A stretch of 64,000 bases of DNA from Squalus acanthias (Eukaryota). The position numbers and the translations under genes were made by a program. The stretch covers positions 124,001 to 188,000 of the forward strand of contig JASTWF010000333.1 in NCBI GenBank assembly GCA_030390025.1, given 5' to 3'. A model generated the notes under the pieces. It was not told the DNA's origin. It ran no database searches and worked only from the letters and a program-made list of their open reading frames with translations. Positions 12,402-24,900 of the stretch are shown piece by piece (positions within the stretch are counted from its first letter, which is position 1; every line of letters starts with the position of its first letter).

Positions 12402-14762
12402 CTCTTTGTGGTAGCGTTTGCTTCCAAGTGGAGTTCCAAGTGGAATGACAATGAGGTGCTGTAGCATCAATGCACCTCCCCTTTAAGTACTGAATAAAGC
12501 CTAGGCCAAAAATGACTGGGAATTAGACTGCACCCGATATTGGCCCACCTGTTGGGCTGTAAGCCAATGAGCAGCGGTTTTAGCGCTGAGATCAGCACTA
12601 TAATCATGTTAATGAGGACTGAGCACGAATTTTGCGTGCTACCTACACCAGTTTCACTCAGCACATCTTAATAGCGCTGGGCCATGACACCACCCGTTTT
12701 TGGGCTATATCCAATTACTAGGCCAGAGTGTTAAACGTTTGAATCCTGACCAGAACCCAGATACAACCCGCCCACCTCCGGTTTTAATGGAGGCGGGACG
12801 GGGGGGCGGGCAGCCAACCTACTCCCAGGAGACGGGTCTTCAATTTAAATATTATAATGAGGCTGCCGTGCCTCAGATTAAACCTCCATTTTAAATTTAC
12901 CCACCAGCTAAAGTAAAGCGAGAACTGCTGGATCCAGGAAGTAAGTGCCTTTACATTTACCTTCTGGATCCAGTGTCCCTGCCTAACCCACCCCCCATGT
13001 TCAGAGACCCCCCTCCACGAGGTCTCCGATTCCCCCCCAGACCTGTGATCCCCCTCACAAGGCCTCCCTCCCGCCCATGCTCCTACAGCCCCCATGCTGC
13101 TCCTGGCCCCTTGATCTGCTGCTCCCGGCCCTCCGATGCTCACCCGCCCCCCCCGTACTGCTCTCAGCCCTCCGATCATTATCAACCCCCTCCCCCGCTC
13201 CTCCGATCGTGCTGCTCCCCACTCCAGATCGTTTCGGACCCCCCCCCCCCACTGCCCTGCTCCTCTGGCAGCCCACTCGATCCCTCCCTCTCCCTCTCTC
13301 CTTTCTGCAACCGAGTGCCACAGGCCTACCACCCACCCCCCCACCGCCGCCACAGCCAGTCAGCCTCTCAATCTGGCTGGCTGTGGGTGGGAAACAGAGG
13401 TTTCCCATGCAAATCAGGCCCTGCCGTTAAATTCTGTGGGAAACCAGTTCTCCCGGGTTTCCCGGCCACTTCAGAGACGCCCCCCCCTGCCCCGCTGCCA
13501 ATCCGCATTCCCATTAAAATGCAGGCCAATGTTTCCAGAACGTGTATGAATCTTGTCCTTACGAGCAGCAAGGTCGAGTTGATCTTCTTCCTTCCATTAA
13601 CTTCCGGAATGTCAAGTTAATGAACCTCTTCATGGTGCGGTTACCTGTTTCACTCTGTTCCAGCTGAATCCACTTTACGCATGAGTGACTGTAGCTGGCT
13701 GGCTTAGCTCTCACCTTCCTGGGTCTTCGTCAACTTGTACAATTAAATAGCAAACTTACCTCTGCCTGTAACTGACAAGTGTAGCCTTACACTTTGACCT
13801 AGATAACCTCTTACTTTGGATATACTTTGTGCTTGTGAAAGTATGCTTTCACATCTGCTCGGTAAAGATTACTACACAAGACGACAAAGAGAATCTTCTG
13901 CTTTAACTACAGAAAGAAACAACATCTAACAAAAACAAAGCAAATCTGCTGGAGATGTGTCAAGTACTCCCTTTAAATACGTTAAATTCAAAGAAAAATG
14001 CCATCCATGTAATTGACCAATTTGGGTGACACATGTATCTAAAGGTTTCACCTCTTTTGGTGTCAGTCACTTCTAAGAATTATGCAAAGGTTCTGGAAGA
14101 TGTCAAAATCAATGAGGCACAGATACCTAGCTCTACCAAGTTCCATTTTTACTCCCTAATTTTCCAAATCTTCCTTTTAACAAAGGGTCCGACACAGCAC
14201 CAGATAAGGTATGACACATTTATGTCCCACTAACAGGCTATTCCTGAGCTCAGTCTCAGTGTTAGCTGTCTTATCACTAGCGAGGACTGTTCTTTTTAAA
14301 GAAACATCCTCAGGGTTTTAATTAGTCTTGTTTTCATAGCCATTTCCCAGAATTCAGTTTAACTACTGACTCCATGTTGTGTGGCTACTTTTACTGAAGC
14401 TCCGTTTTCAGAACCTAATTCAAGCAATTTACGAGGCATTTTCCCTACAACTCCTCACGAGGAACCGTCTGGGCTTTATCACCTAGCTGAGGTCTAGGAG
14501 TGTCTTATATCACCCAGTTCAGATTGAGTTTGAGTTCACCTTACCAATTCCCAATGAGGATACTCACAAGCTACTGAGTGAATGAATGAAACCTTTCTTA
14601 CCAAATCAACCAAGAAGAAGTCAGACAACAAGTCATTTAATAACAACTTTTTAATGACTACAAACCACGATTACCACAACTTAAATTTAAACAATTAATA
14701 GACATTTATAGGCATAGACAGGGTCACCTAGCAATTAGGATAATAAATAATTAATAGACAAA

Positions 14763-17302
14763 GGGGGGGAAAAATTCATCCCCTGAGCGCCTTCCTTAGC
14801 ACCAGTAGATGCTGCTAATAGGGTGCTAAACCAGTATCGCCGGGGTGAGGAAAATCCAGCACCACACGCAAAATCTGACCCCCCACCCCGTAGTGCTGCC
14901 AGTAAGAGGTATCGCCGAGAACGTCAACGCCAGGGAGATCGTGACGTCAGTGAATGTGCAATGCTCACTGACCGCCCGATTTGCAAAATTGATTCTCACC
15001 ACTTACCTCGCAGCCTAGATTAAACACCGATGGGGAGAGCTGGCGTGCAGCACCAGGAAGCCAGCTCCAGGGATGTTATTTAAAGGGATCATCAGTAATC
15101 ACTCGCAGCTGTCAAGTTAGTGTAGTTTCATGGTTTTTGTTAGTTTCACCCAATGCTGAGTGTCCATGTGGGAAACTTCAGATGGCCTTGCAGGACGTCC
15201 TTGACCAGCTCTCGACCTGAAAGACTCGGCTGTAGACTACACCACCTCAGCATGGGCGGCAGCAGTCTGGGCTGGCTGGATGACAGGCAGCGACAAGGGC
15301 AGTAGCGGTGTGGCAGTGATGGGAGCAGGAATGCTGTCATCCTGAGAGAGGACAGCAGGTTCCTGCTCCACTGACCACCTGCCCCTCCCCCGGGGCAGCA
15401 CCTCAGCATCCCTAGCAATCTGTTGAAGCACAGATTGCTGGCCTGCTGCGACACCGTGAAAGCCCTGGTCGACGGTGGTAGACCCTGCCACGATGGCAGC
15501 AGTCAGAGCTTGCGTGGCATCAAGCTGAGACTGCATGAGAACAGTCTGAGATTGGGTGCCACCAAGCATAGACTGCATTACAGCCCTAAGACTTTGGGTG
15601 GCTTCCGCCTGTGCAGCAATGGAAGCTGCCAGATCATCCATCACATGCGGCATCAGGTCTGGGTCACCACGATCTCTCTGGGAGTCTACCATCCTTTGCA
15701 GACTGGAAATAATGGTCTCCATGGCGTGCGCAGAGCCTTGTGCAATGTTGGAAGCGGACTCCTCCACGCTTCTTACCATTGCTGAGAGGCTCTCGGGCAC
15801 CCTTGCCATTGCAACTATCATCGCCGTGTGCATACTCATCACCCTTCTTCTAAAGGCCTCCTCATCGAGGTCCTCATCTGAGTCCTGTGCAGCAGAACTC
15901 GCGCGCGCACTCGCCCTCTGGGGAACTGGCCCCCGAGCTACCCTTTCCCCCTGGCCTTACTGCAGCCCATTCGTCCCCGGTGCCTCACCCTGTGCAAATC
16001 CCACTACTATACTAGCCTCTAAAGGATGCATAGTGCCAGTATCTGAGCTGGTGTCTGCGGGTGAGAGATGCAGTTTCACGATGTGTTCTTCCTCCTCCTC
16101 TTCACACGCCTCGCTCTCTACAGTGCCCTGAGGGACAGGCTGCTCAGGTGTTTCCTGATTATCTGAAAGCATAAAGGCACAAGAGTCGGGTTAAGGTGAG
16201 GGGAAGGGGGTGGTGGCAGGAAGGGAGAAATGCATGCATACAGCATGATTAGCTGGAAAGTGCAAAATACTTGTGGGGTGAGGGGGAAGTGGGATGTGAG
16301 AAGAAGGAGTAGCGATGAACATACCATTGTTGTCCCCAAAGGGCTCAACGTCGCTGGTGGCCACAGCCCCACCACCTAGCACCCAATAATCTGCAGCACT
16401 CGATTCTCCAGTGCAGACACTGGTTGGGTGTCGGCTTGCCCCCCGCCTGTGCGCTCCTGCTCCCTCCTTTTTTTCTCCACCTTGGCCTACAAGAGAAAAG
16501 GAAAGTGTGTGAGTGAGTGTGGAGCAATGTGTTTGGGTGATGTGCCTGCCATAGCTGTCATTGTGTGCAAGGTGTGAGATGTGAGTGTGAGTGTTGGTAG
16601 GTAAAGATCGTTGGTGGGTGAGTGCTGGGGGTGTGGTGCTTTTGGGCAGTGTGTGAAGATTGTGGTACAAATGGTGGTATGTAGCATTTGTTGAAGCATT
16701 CACTCACTCTGACCACCTGAGTGAGGTCGTTAATTTCTTCCTGCACTGTGTGTGGATCCTAGGGACCGCAGTGCTACCTGAGACATGCTGCACTACCTCC
16801 CTCCACATGGTGTGGAAGACTTGTGGTGAGGGCCTCCTGCCACTTGTCAGGTAGAGCACCGCCCTCCGTCTCTCCACAGTGAACACCAATGCCTCCAATG
16901 ATTCATCGCAGAGTCTGCGGGCTCTCTCTCTGAGGCGTGGACCTGCCATGAGCACACTTGGTTCAATCCTCCGGCTCCTTCTCCTTGTTCTGCTTCTGCT
17001 TGCTGAGGCAGCTGCACAGCCAGCAATGCTGAGAATGAGGTGCTGCAGCATCAATGAACCTCCCCTTTAAGTAATGAAAAAAGCCTGTGGCAATCATGAC
17101 TTGCGATTAGACTGCACCCGATATTGGTCCACCCTTTAAGTACAATGCCAATGAGCTTGGGTTTTAAGACTTGATTTAGGATTCCAATCATTTTATTGAG
17201 CAGAGAGCACAAATTTTTCATGCAGTCTAAAGCATTTGCGCCTGGCACTAATTCTCCAACTTTTGTACTGACACCACCCATTCCTTGGCTATAATGAATT
17301 TC
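14763..17302. mobile_element. Harbinger derivative B (Myb gene only, no transposase)
   Basis: GGGGGGGAAAAATTCATC left end. The right subterminal region 17030-17300 is homologous to 12450-12720. Confidence 0.85.
15146..16949 (-). pseudogene. Harbinger Myb/SANT-like gene, 3 exons (16949-16708, 16486-16325, 16162-~15146)
   Basis: MAGPRLRERARRLCDESLEALV...MWREVV...QCRKK(F)NDLTQ with the same intron positions as copy A; stops at 15957 and 15237. Confidence 0.85.
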
Positions 17303-17887
17303 AATTGCTTAACAAAATGAATAACAGAAGTTGTAAAGACAGCTTAGTGTATTACTGTAATTCAGCATTAATAATTCAGTAACAAAATAAATAGATGATA
17401 ATTCAGATCTTGATGTGCACAAATTGTCTGTAAAGCACTTTGAGATTTCGCGAGGTGCTATAAAACATTCAAGTTCTTTCTTTCTTGGAATGGAGGACAG
17501 TGTTGGAAAAAATACATTAAAAAAGTACATCAAGAATGTATGCTTGCATTACCTAATTAACCAAATGATTATTTTTGAAAAATATATTTCAACCTTTTCA
17601 AATATATTGACCACAGAGTTAACCACAGTATCCTGTGATATAATGCCTCATCTACTTCCCACAAAATACTATTGTACAAAGTCAACCAAATTACAGGGTA
17701 CGTAATGTTACATCGTATAGTAGAGAGAATTTACTCTGGAGAGAACAGCTTACACAAATTAAAAGGACTGTTGTATGAAATCATGCTGCTACATTGACTT
17801 CCAGTTTTCTGATGTCATTTGACTGAAAACTCTTTATTATATTTAAATTGGACAGCACGTAGATCCATTTAGTCATTTTTAAACATT

Positions 17888-19160
17888 GGCCCTGAATTTG
17901 CGGTCGGCAGCATAGCTAAGGAGTACGCCACCAACATCCGAACGAAATCCGCACTTACCTCGTGCGAAGCCCCAAGTGAAAACTTGCTTTCAGATGCTGC
18001 GGAGCAGGGCACAGCGTAGTGGCTCACGGATCCCGGGGGGCGCACCATTGTGCATATGCGAACCTGGGATCACATGGGCCACTCTGCTCCTTTCACTCCC
18101 TGACTCTTAGCTAATCAGGAAACATAGAAATCTCCAATGAAACATAGAAACATAGAAACATAGAATCTAGGAGCAGGAGTAGGCCATTCGGCCCGTCGAG
18201 CCTGCTCCGCCATTCAATACGATCATGGCTGATCATCCAAATCCAGTACCCTGTCCCTGCTTTAATCCCCACAGTACACATATCCCACCCTACCCCTGTA
18301 ACCCCACGTATTTAATTCCCCCTAACATATCCCATCCTATCCCCATAACCCCACATATTTAATCCCCCCTAACACTAAGGGTCAATTTATCATAGCCAAA
18401 TCAACCTAACCCACACATTTTTGGACTGTGGGAGGAAACCGGAGCACCCGGAGGAAACCCACGCAGACACGGGGAGAATGTGCAAACTCCACACAGACAG
18501 TCACCCGAGGTCAGATTCGAACCCGGGTCTCTGGCGCTGTGAGGCACCAGTGCTAACCACTATGCCACCGTGTTGCATTAAGCTTTGCAGAAAGTTCATC
18601 TGAGCAGCTGACCTGGTTTATTTTTACTGTCACACTGCACTTTCCAACAGATTGCAGCATCTTTCTTCAATTCGCATAAGTTTTGATAAACGATTTGATG
18701 TCCCAGGCTTCGGCTTTTAAATTGCTGACTATTAAAAAAAACTAATTTACATTATTTAGCAGCCAGAAATGCTATTTTATTAATAAATTACGATCATTTC
18801 AATAATAACACACAAACCAAGATTTTAACATTAATAGAATTCAATCAAACACTGAAAAGGCTTGAGATAATTTTTACTAAAGGTGTCCTTAAAACCATAA
18901 AACTCAATTAGGATGCTTTTGATGGGCTGTAGCATAAACCTTGCTCAAAATTAATACAATGTTTTCATCCCCCCCACCCCCTTACGCTGTGCAGCAGCCG
19001 TAAAAATTCAGGGTAATTAATGCGCAGTAGGTGGGCAATTAGCCCAACTTTTCGCCAGCACGTTGATTTCAATGGGTAGGTGAAACGTGCGGAACTTGAC
19101 AGATTGCAAGTTCGGGATTTAGCGCATGCTATAGAGAGTACCGACCTCAAATTCAGGGCC
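17888..19160. mobile_element. MITE with 20-bp TIRs
   Basis: GGCCCTGAATTTGCGGTCGG / CCGACCTCAAATTCAGGGCC (19/20 match), flanks ATT/AAT. Confidence 0.8.
18140..18572 (-). mobile_element. HE1-like V-SINE nested in the MITE
   Basis: The minus strand has a tRNA head (GGTGGCATAGTGGTTAGCAC...GGGTTCGAATC), a V-domain (GTGTGGAGTTTGCACATTCTCCCCGTGTCTGCGTGGGTTTCCTCCGGGTGCTCCGGTTTCCTCCCACA), a CR1-derived tail and (TTTCTATG)n. Confidence 0.9.
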
Positions 19161-20581
19161 AATATGTTTTGTAGCTAACACTCTGGGGAAACCAAAAATA
19201 ATTTACTTTTACTGCGAGACTTCCCCTAAAACTGTAAGCTTGAGCTTTGCTTCTTATTTGTGCGAGTCTAGCTACTTCAGCTGCACTATGAAATCAATAC
19301 CTGGCTGCTATCTCTAGGTCTTCAGAAAATAAACTTAACATACTGCATGTAAAAAAGTCATGGCCTTGATAATCAATATAGAACAAATGTCAGTGTATAG
19401 TAATCTCTCCTTAAATTAGACCAGATTAGCCTGCTGCACCTGCATTCAACTGAGCGATTTTAAGATGTACTTAGCACCAAAGAACTGTCTAGGACATGAC
19501 TTCCAGGGTAAATCCTATCTGCTATATTAAGTAACATCCTCTAACTAAGCTGTGCTATACAGGCCTTAACTTGTAATGCAACCTACCAATCTGCATCTTA
19601 TAAGGGTGTGTGTTTATATACAATAAAAGTACAGAATTAGAGGTCAATGAAATTCAATGAAAGTTGCCAATAACAGCCCAACAAAGCACTCAAATCACTC
19701 ACTGAAAGGCAACCAAGTCAGCCAGTCCATAGAGACGGTAACCAGACACATATCCCTTTAAATCACTCCCCCATCACACAACAACTTCCTCTAAACAGTC
19801 AGCATGTGTCCAGTGGTTGAACACCATATATGCCAGATCCATACCCACTGAGATCAAATGATCCAGAGAGGAATTGTGCAAATTTGGGACCGACATGGGA
19901 GAACGCACTTCTAATGCAATCTTACATGCTTAGCACTCAGACTTGAAGGGACTGAGGAAATTCAGTCACAGAATATCCTTCTAAGTGGTGTCACTCAAGA
20001 GCAAGATAAACAAACTGGCAAATTTTCCCTTTATCCATTTCAAAGTGACAGCCCATTCCAGATCTGCTTTATTTGAATCGGTCCACAATTTAAATGTTGT
20101 CATTTACGTATTACATTTTTGTGAAATCTCAAAAAAAAAGTGCTTTGCCTTTTGGAGCAGGAATCATTTCTTTGTTTTGCAAACTATGACTCCCCGTGAC
20201 TTGCAGCATGCTAACAGTAAGCTAAATGACGAGATAACTTTGCAACACTGTTAGCCGAATATAATTAGAATTGTAATCAAAATGTGTTGTTTAGTACTGT
20301 GCATTAGTTATATTGTAATTATTATGGATGCTTTCTCTATACCAAATCAGATAAATATTGGTACAGCAGGCTGAATAAATAGAAATAATATTCTGGTGCA
20401 AACAGCTTTAATTATAGATTCTTGCATTATTATCCAGCAATCACACATTCACTAACCTGGAAAATCATTTTATAACAAAGGACAATCACTTACAGGTAAT
20501 TGTAAAAAATATATAATTTCAATGTTCAAGTAGTTGTAATTATATGTGAATCAGTACACATCAGATTGAATCAAACACAAA

Positions 20582-21210
20582 GGTCCCGCTACTTCCAGGG
20601 AGGCGGGGAGGGTGCGGGGAAGGCCGAAAATGGCAGAAGAACCCGGTAAGGCCGGGGAGGTGGAGGTTAATGGCAGGACCACATTATAATTTTCTTATTC
20701 ATGTTTGTCGGGCGGGAAAACCCTGGGGATGGTCCCTGGAAACTGGATGGAGGGAAGACCGGCGCTTGGTCAGGGGGCTGGGGGTGCGGAAGAGAGGCCA
20801 TTGTGGCCGGGGGGGTGGGGGGGGGGAGGGGGTGGTGAGAGAGGCCATGATCAGTAGAGGGGAAGCTGAAAGTTTTCTTGAGGGACCGGGGGTGGGGGGG
20901 GGGGGGTGGCAGGAACTCCTGCTCCTCCTGTCCCACAAAGAATGCTGTAAAAGACACTTAACTTGTGGAGCCGACAGCCCCGGCCTCCCTTTCACTGCCA
21001 TGTTTCCTGACCCCTGGGAAACCGGCGCAGCAACTGTAAAATTTAAATCAGACTCCCAATTGCCCTGTTGGAGCACGATTTCAATATTTTAATGAAGTGT
21101 CCCGCCTCTCCACGGCAGGACACTTGGACGTCTCAAAGCCTGCTAACGTAAAAACGGCAACGGGCGCGTACACAGCAGGTTGGAGTCGTGTTTTCCATTG
21201 CCGTTTTTAC
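20582..21210. mobile_element. GC-rich MITE-like remnant
   Basis: Sharp GC-rich block with G-runs, sharing motifs with the other MITE interiors (ATTTAAAT, CCCGCCTC). The termini are not clear. Confidence 0.4.
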
Positions 21211-21717
21211 TTTTTACTCACTATCAATCACAGCATGAATTATCAAAGTTTGCATTTACAATGCAGCTGCAATATATCTAAATGCATGGGGATGGCGAAA
21301 AATTATCATAGCTCAAGAATTTGATATCAAAATTTCTGCTCTTAGCCCGTTCCCACTTTCCAGTCTTCCACTGTTCTGGGTAGCTGCATGGCGTCGGACT
21401 GTGTTTAAAACTGGATCTGACTCACCCACTACATATTTGTGGTAACTTTCCCTCTGTCCTATATTATTCTCTAAAGCCAGTCTGCTACTTGCTGCTACAA
21501 AAGCAAAATACTGCGGATGCTGGAAATCTGAAATAAAAACAGAAAACGCTGGAAATACTCAGCAGGTCAGGCAGCATCTGTAGAGAGAGAAACAGAGTTA
21601 ACATTTCAGGTTGATGACTCTTCGTCAGAACTGGAAAAAGTTACAGATATAACAGATTTTTAAGCAAGTGTGGGGCAGGGAAGGGGGGAGGGGGGAAAGA
21701 ACAAAAGGGAAGGTCTG

Positions 21718-21900
21718 TGTCGTAAGAATGAGCCTTACGCGTGGTAAACTTAATGTAAGCTTTAATCAACTTAAAACGGTGCTGCATACAAAAGAGGTCT
21801 TACCCTATGCCTCTTCCAGAGCTAACTGATCAGTCCAGTATTTATCCTGGACTGATTACAGGAAGTGATGTCATACAGGAAGCTGAAAAGTGTTACCACA
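21718..21900 (-). repeat. 3' LTR (183 bp)
   Basis: Identical to 25955-26137 and preceded on the minus strand by the polypurine tract GGGGGGGGAGAA. Confidence 0.97.
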
Positions 21901-21918
21901 TTCTCCCCCCCCAAAAGA

Positions 21919-24900
21919 TTAGGAGGCCGGAATGCTCCCTCCATTTCGTAGCCGTTGGATGAGGGAGAGCCGCACCCGTTTGGGTTCTCGTAGCGGTAGA
22001 GGGCCCCTAGCCCGTTTACCCGCTGCGGGCCATGGACCAGAGTCCGAGTGCTCCAGCCCGCTCTGTGAGGGGTCAGAACGATCCTGACCGTGTACTGGTA
22101 CCCGAATGGGTGTCGGGCAGGGCTGTGGCAGATCCGTTTCTGAGCGTACGGTACAGGGTTGATCGTGGCTGCGCGTGCGAGCCCCGACGGGCTCATAGTC
22201 AGTCTGCCCCAGGTCGGCACGCTGGAGTGAGGTACCAGCCGGCGTCAGATCCCGATCATGATGAGAGGCACCTGGCAAGCCCAGAGATGTGCCTGGTACA
22301 ATATCATCCCCTGGTGTCCCTCTATGTTTCGGCGGGCAGGGAGCCAGATCCCGCAATGACACGGTAGATTCCCGACCGTCAGGATACCGAATATAGGCGT
22401 AGGTAGGGTTGACGTCAGTGAGCTCAACCTCATCTACCAGGGGGTCATTCTTAGACGCCCGGACATATCTTCGGAGTAGCACTGGTCCCGGTGTAGTCAG
22501 CCACGACGGGAGAGATGTCCCATAGGATGAGCGACGCTGAAATCGGAAGAACCGTTCATGAGGCGTCGTATTTGTGGCGGTCGAAAGGAGGGACCGTGTG
22601 GAGTGTAATGCGTCTGGAAGTACTGCTTCCCATTGCTGGTTGGGTAGGCCCCGAGATCTCAAAGCCAGACGTACCGCATTCCAGATGATAGCGTTAAAAC
22701 GCTCGACTTGCCCATTCCCAACCGGATGATAAGGCGTCGTTTTGCTGGCAGCAATACCCCGTTCCGAGAGATAGGCCTTGAGTTCTCCCGACATAAAAGA
22801 AGGGCCCCGATCTGAATGAACATAGGATGCCATGCCACAGAAAGCAAATACCTGTTCAAGGCAGCTGATAACCGTGGTTGTCAGCATATTGGGGCAGGGA
22901 AAGGCAAACGGAAAACGAGAATACTCATCAACCATTGTTAATAGATAAGTGTTGCGAGTCGAAGAGGGCAACGGCCCCTTAAAATCGATGCTAAGCCTTT
23001 GCATTGGCTGGGTCGCATGTATGAGTATACCACCCGAGGGGCGGAAAAACCGAGGTTTCAATTCCGCACAGACTCTGCAGTCCGAGCACATCTTCTTTAC
23101 ATCCCCGGTAGAGAATGGGAGATTTCGGGACCGCACGAAGTGCAGCATGCGAGTAACGCCTGGATGACACAACCCATCATGGATGTCTACGAGCGTAGAG
23201 GGTGCCATGGCGGAGCAGAATGCTCGTGTGAGGGTATCCGGAGCCACATTCTCCTTGCCAGGTCGATAGTGGATGGTGTAACCAAAAGAGGCCAATTCCA
23301 GCCGCCAAAGCTGGATTTTATTATTTTTAATTTTGGTCCGTTTTCGATTATCGAGCATGAAGGCGACCGATCGCTGGTCCGTGATTAAGGTAAAGTGCTG
23401 GCGAGCCAGGAGATGACTCCACTTCCGTACTGCCTCTATGATGGCTGTAGCTTCTTTCTCGACTGGAGGATAATGTAGCTCAGCCCCTTGAAAAGTCCTG
23501 GACAAAAATGCCACCGGACGACCTTCCTGATTCAGAGTGGCTGAGATTGCCACCTCCGAGGCATCACACTCAACCACGAAAGGAAGACTCTCATCGATGG
23601 AGTGAAGAGCCGCTTTCTCCAACTGCTTTTTCAGGAGGTTAAAGGCTGCAACAGCCGTTGTGTCTAGTGGGAATGTGCTGGCCTTCAGTAGAGGTTGGAT
23701 TCGGTCCGAGAAGTTAGGAATCCATTTCGCATAGTATGCAAACAGGCCGAGGGCCCGGCGCAAGGAGGCCGGATTCTTAGGTGGCGGGAGTTCTTGGAGT
23801 GGGCGAAGCCTTTCAGGGTCAGGTTTAATGATGCCATTGCCCACACAATAGCCAAGGATGTTGATAGTTGGTTGTGACTCAATGGATTTAGCCGCATTCA
23901 ATGTCAAATTACGGTGCTGGAGTGCATCCCAAAATCGTTGGAGATTGGCGTCATGTTCCTGCTGATTGCGACCTGCGACAGTAATATTGTCCAGATAAGG
24001 AAACGTATCCTTCAAGTCTTCCTGTTTGACCAGGTCATCCATTGCTCGCTGGAAGACAGCCACTCCATTAGTGACCCCAAAGGGGAGGCGACGAAATTGA
24101 TACAGCCGCCCATTGGCTTCAAAGGCTGTATACTGCTTGTCTGAGACCTTCAAGGGTACCTGATGATAGGCGCTTTTCAGATCATAAGTCGAGAACACCG
24201 TGTACTCAGCCAATTTATTAACCATATCATCGATGCGCGGCAATGGGTATGCGTCCAAGTCCGTATACTGATTGATGGTCTGTGAATAGTCAATGCACAG
24301 CCGTTTCTTGTGAGGTTGTAGAGGGTTCTTAACAATAACGACCTGGGCGCGCCATGGCGACGAACAAGGCTCGATGATATCCTCTGCTAAAAGCCGAGAA
24401 ATCTCAGCCGCAATAAAAGACTGGTCTTCCTGACTGAAACGGCGTGACTTTGTTATAATCGGTTTGCATCGAGGAGGGATACTGGCAAACAGTGAGGGTT
24501 CATCCAGTGAAGCTGCTGACAAGGCACAGAACGGTAATCGAGGTCGTATATTAGAAATAGTGAGTTCAGGTTTGGATCCGCCGAACTCAATGGTAAGCTT
24601 CTTATGCTGCTTTTGAAAATCCAGCCCTAAGATAAGATCACTACATAAGTCCTTGAGCACCGAAAGCCGGGTGGAGGGATACCTGTGACCTTTAAGCATT
24701 ATTTCAACTACACAGAAGCCAGAAATTCTGGTATTAAGTGATGACTGAGCCATCGCAACTGCCTGGTCCGATGGAAAAACATGTAGCTTTAACTGTGCAA
24801 CAGTCTGTTCCCTAATGAAACTATCAGTGCTACCTGAGTCAATTAAGGCATCTAAAGTATGTCCATTAATTGATGTTTTTGTAGCTGCATGGAATAGATT

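Larger units (their letters stand above)
9125..12724. mobile_element. Harbinger transposon A (defective two-gene element: transposase on +, Myb gene on -)
   Basis: GGGCTAAAAATT ... AATTACTAGGCC termini enclose convergent transposase and Myb/SANT genes. Confidence 0.85.
9071..13527. mobile_element. MITE-like element split by the nested Harbinger (left piece 9071-9124, right piece 12725-13527)
   Basis: GGGGGGAATTTTAA ... TTAAAATGCAGGCC imperfect TIR, flanks ATT/AAT, and a GC-rich low-complexity core at 12970-13380. Confidence 0.5.

Noticed and set aside
12784..13620. Pro/Gly-rich ORFs of 117-215 aa
   Set aside because: They come from a GC-rich, low-complexity MITE interior that is open in many frames on both strands.
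18490..18572. tRNA genes (also 8617-8690 and 34720-34812)
   Set aside because: They are tRNA-derived heads contiguous with SINE or LINE bodies and have no complete cloverleaf.
21919..22330. env gene or chromodomain at the Gypsy 3' end
   Set aside because: This is a low-complexity, Pro/Arg-rich integrase tail with no signal peptide, TM segment or chromodomain motif; the ORF ends next to the PPT.
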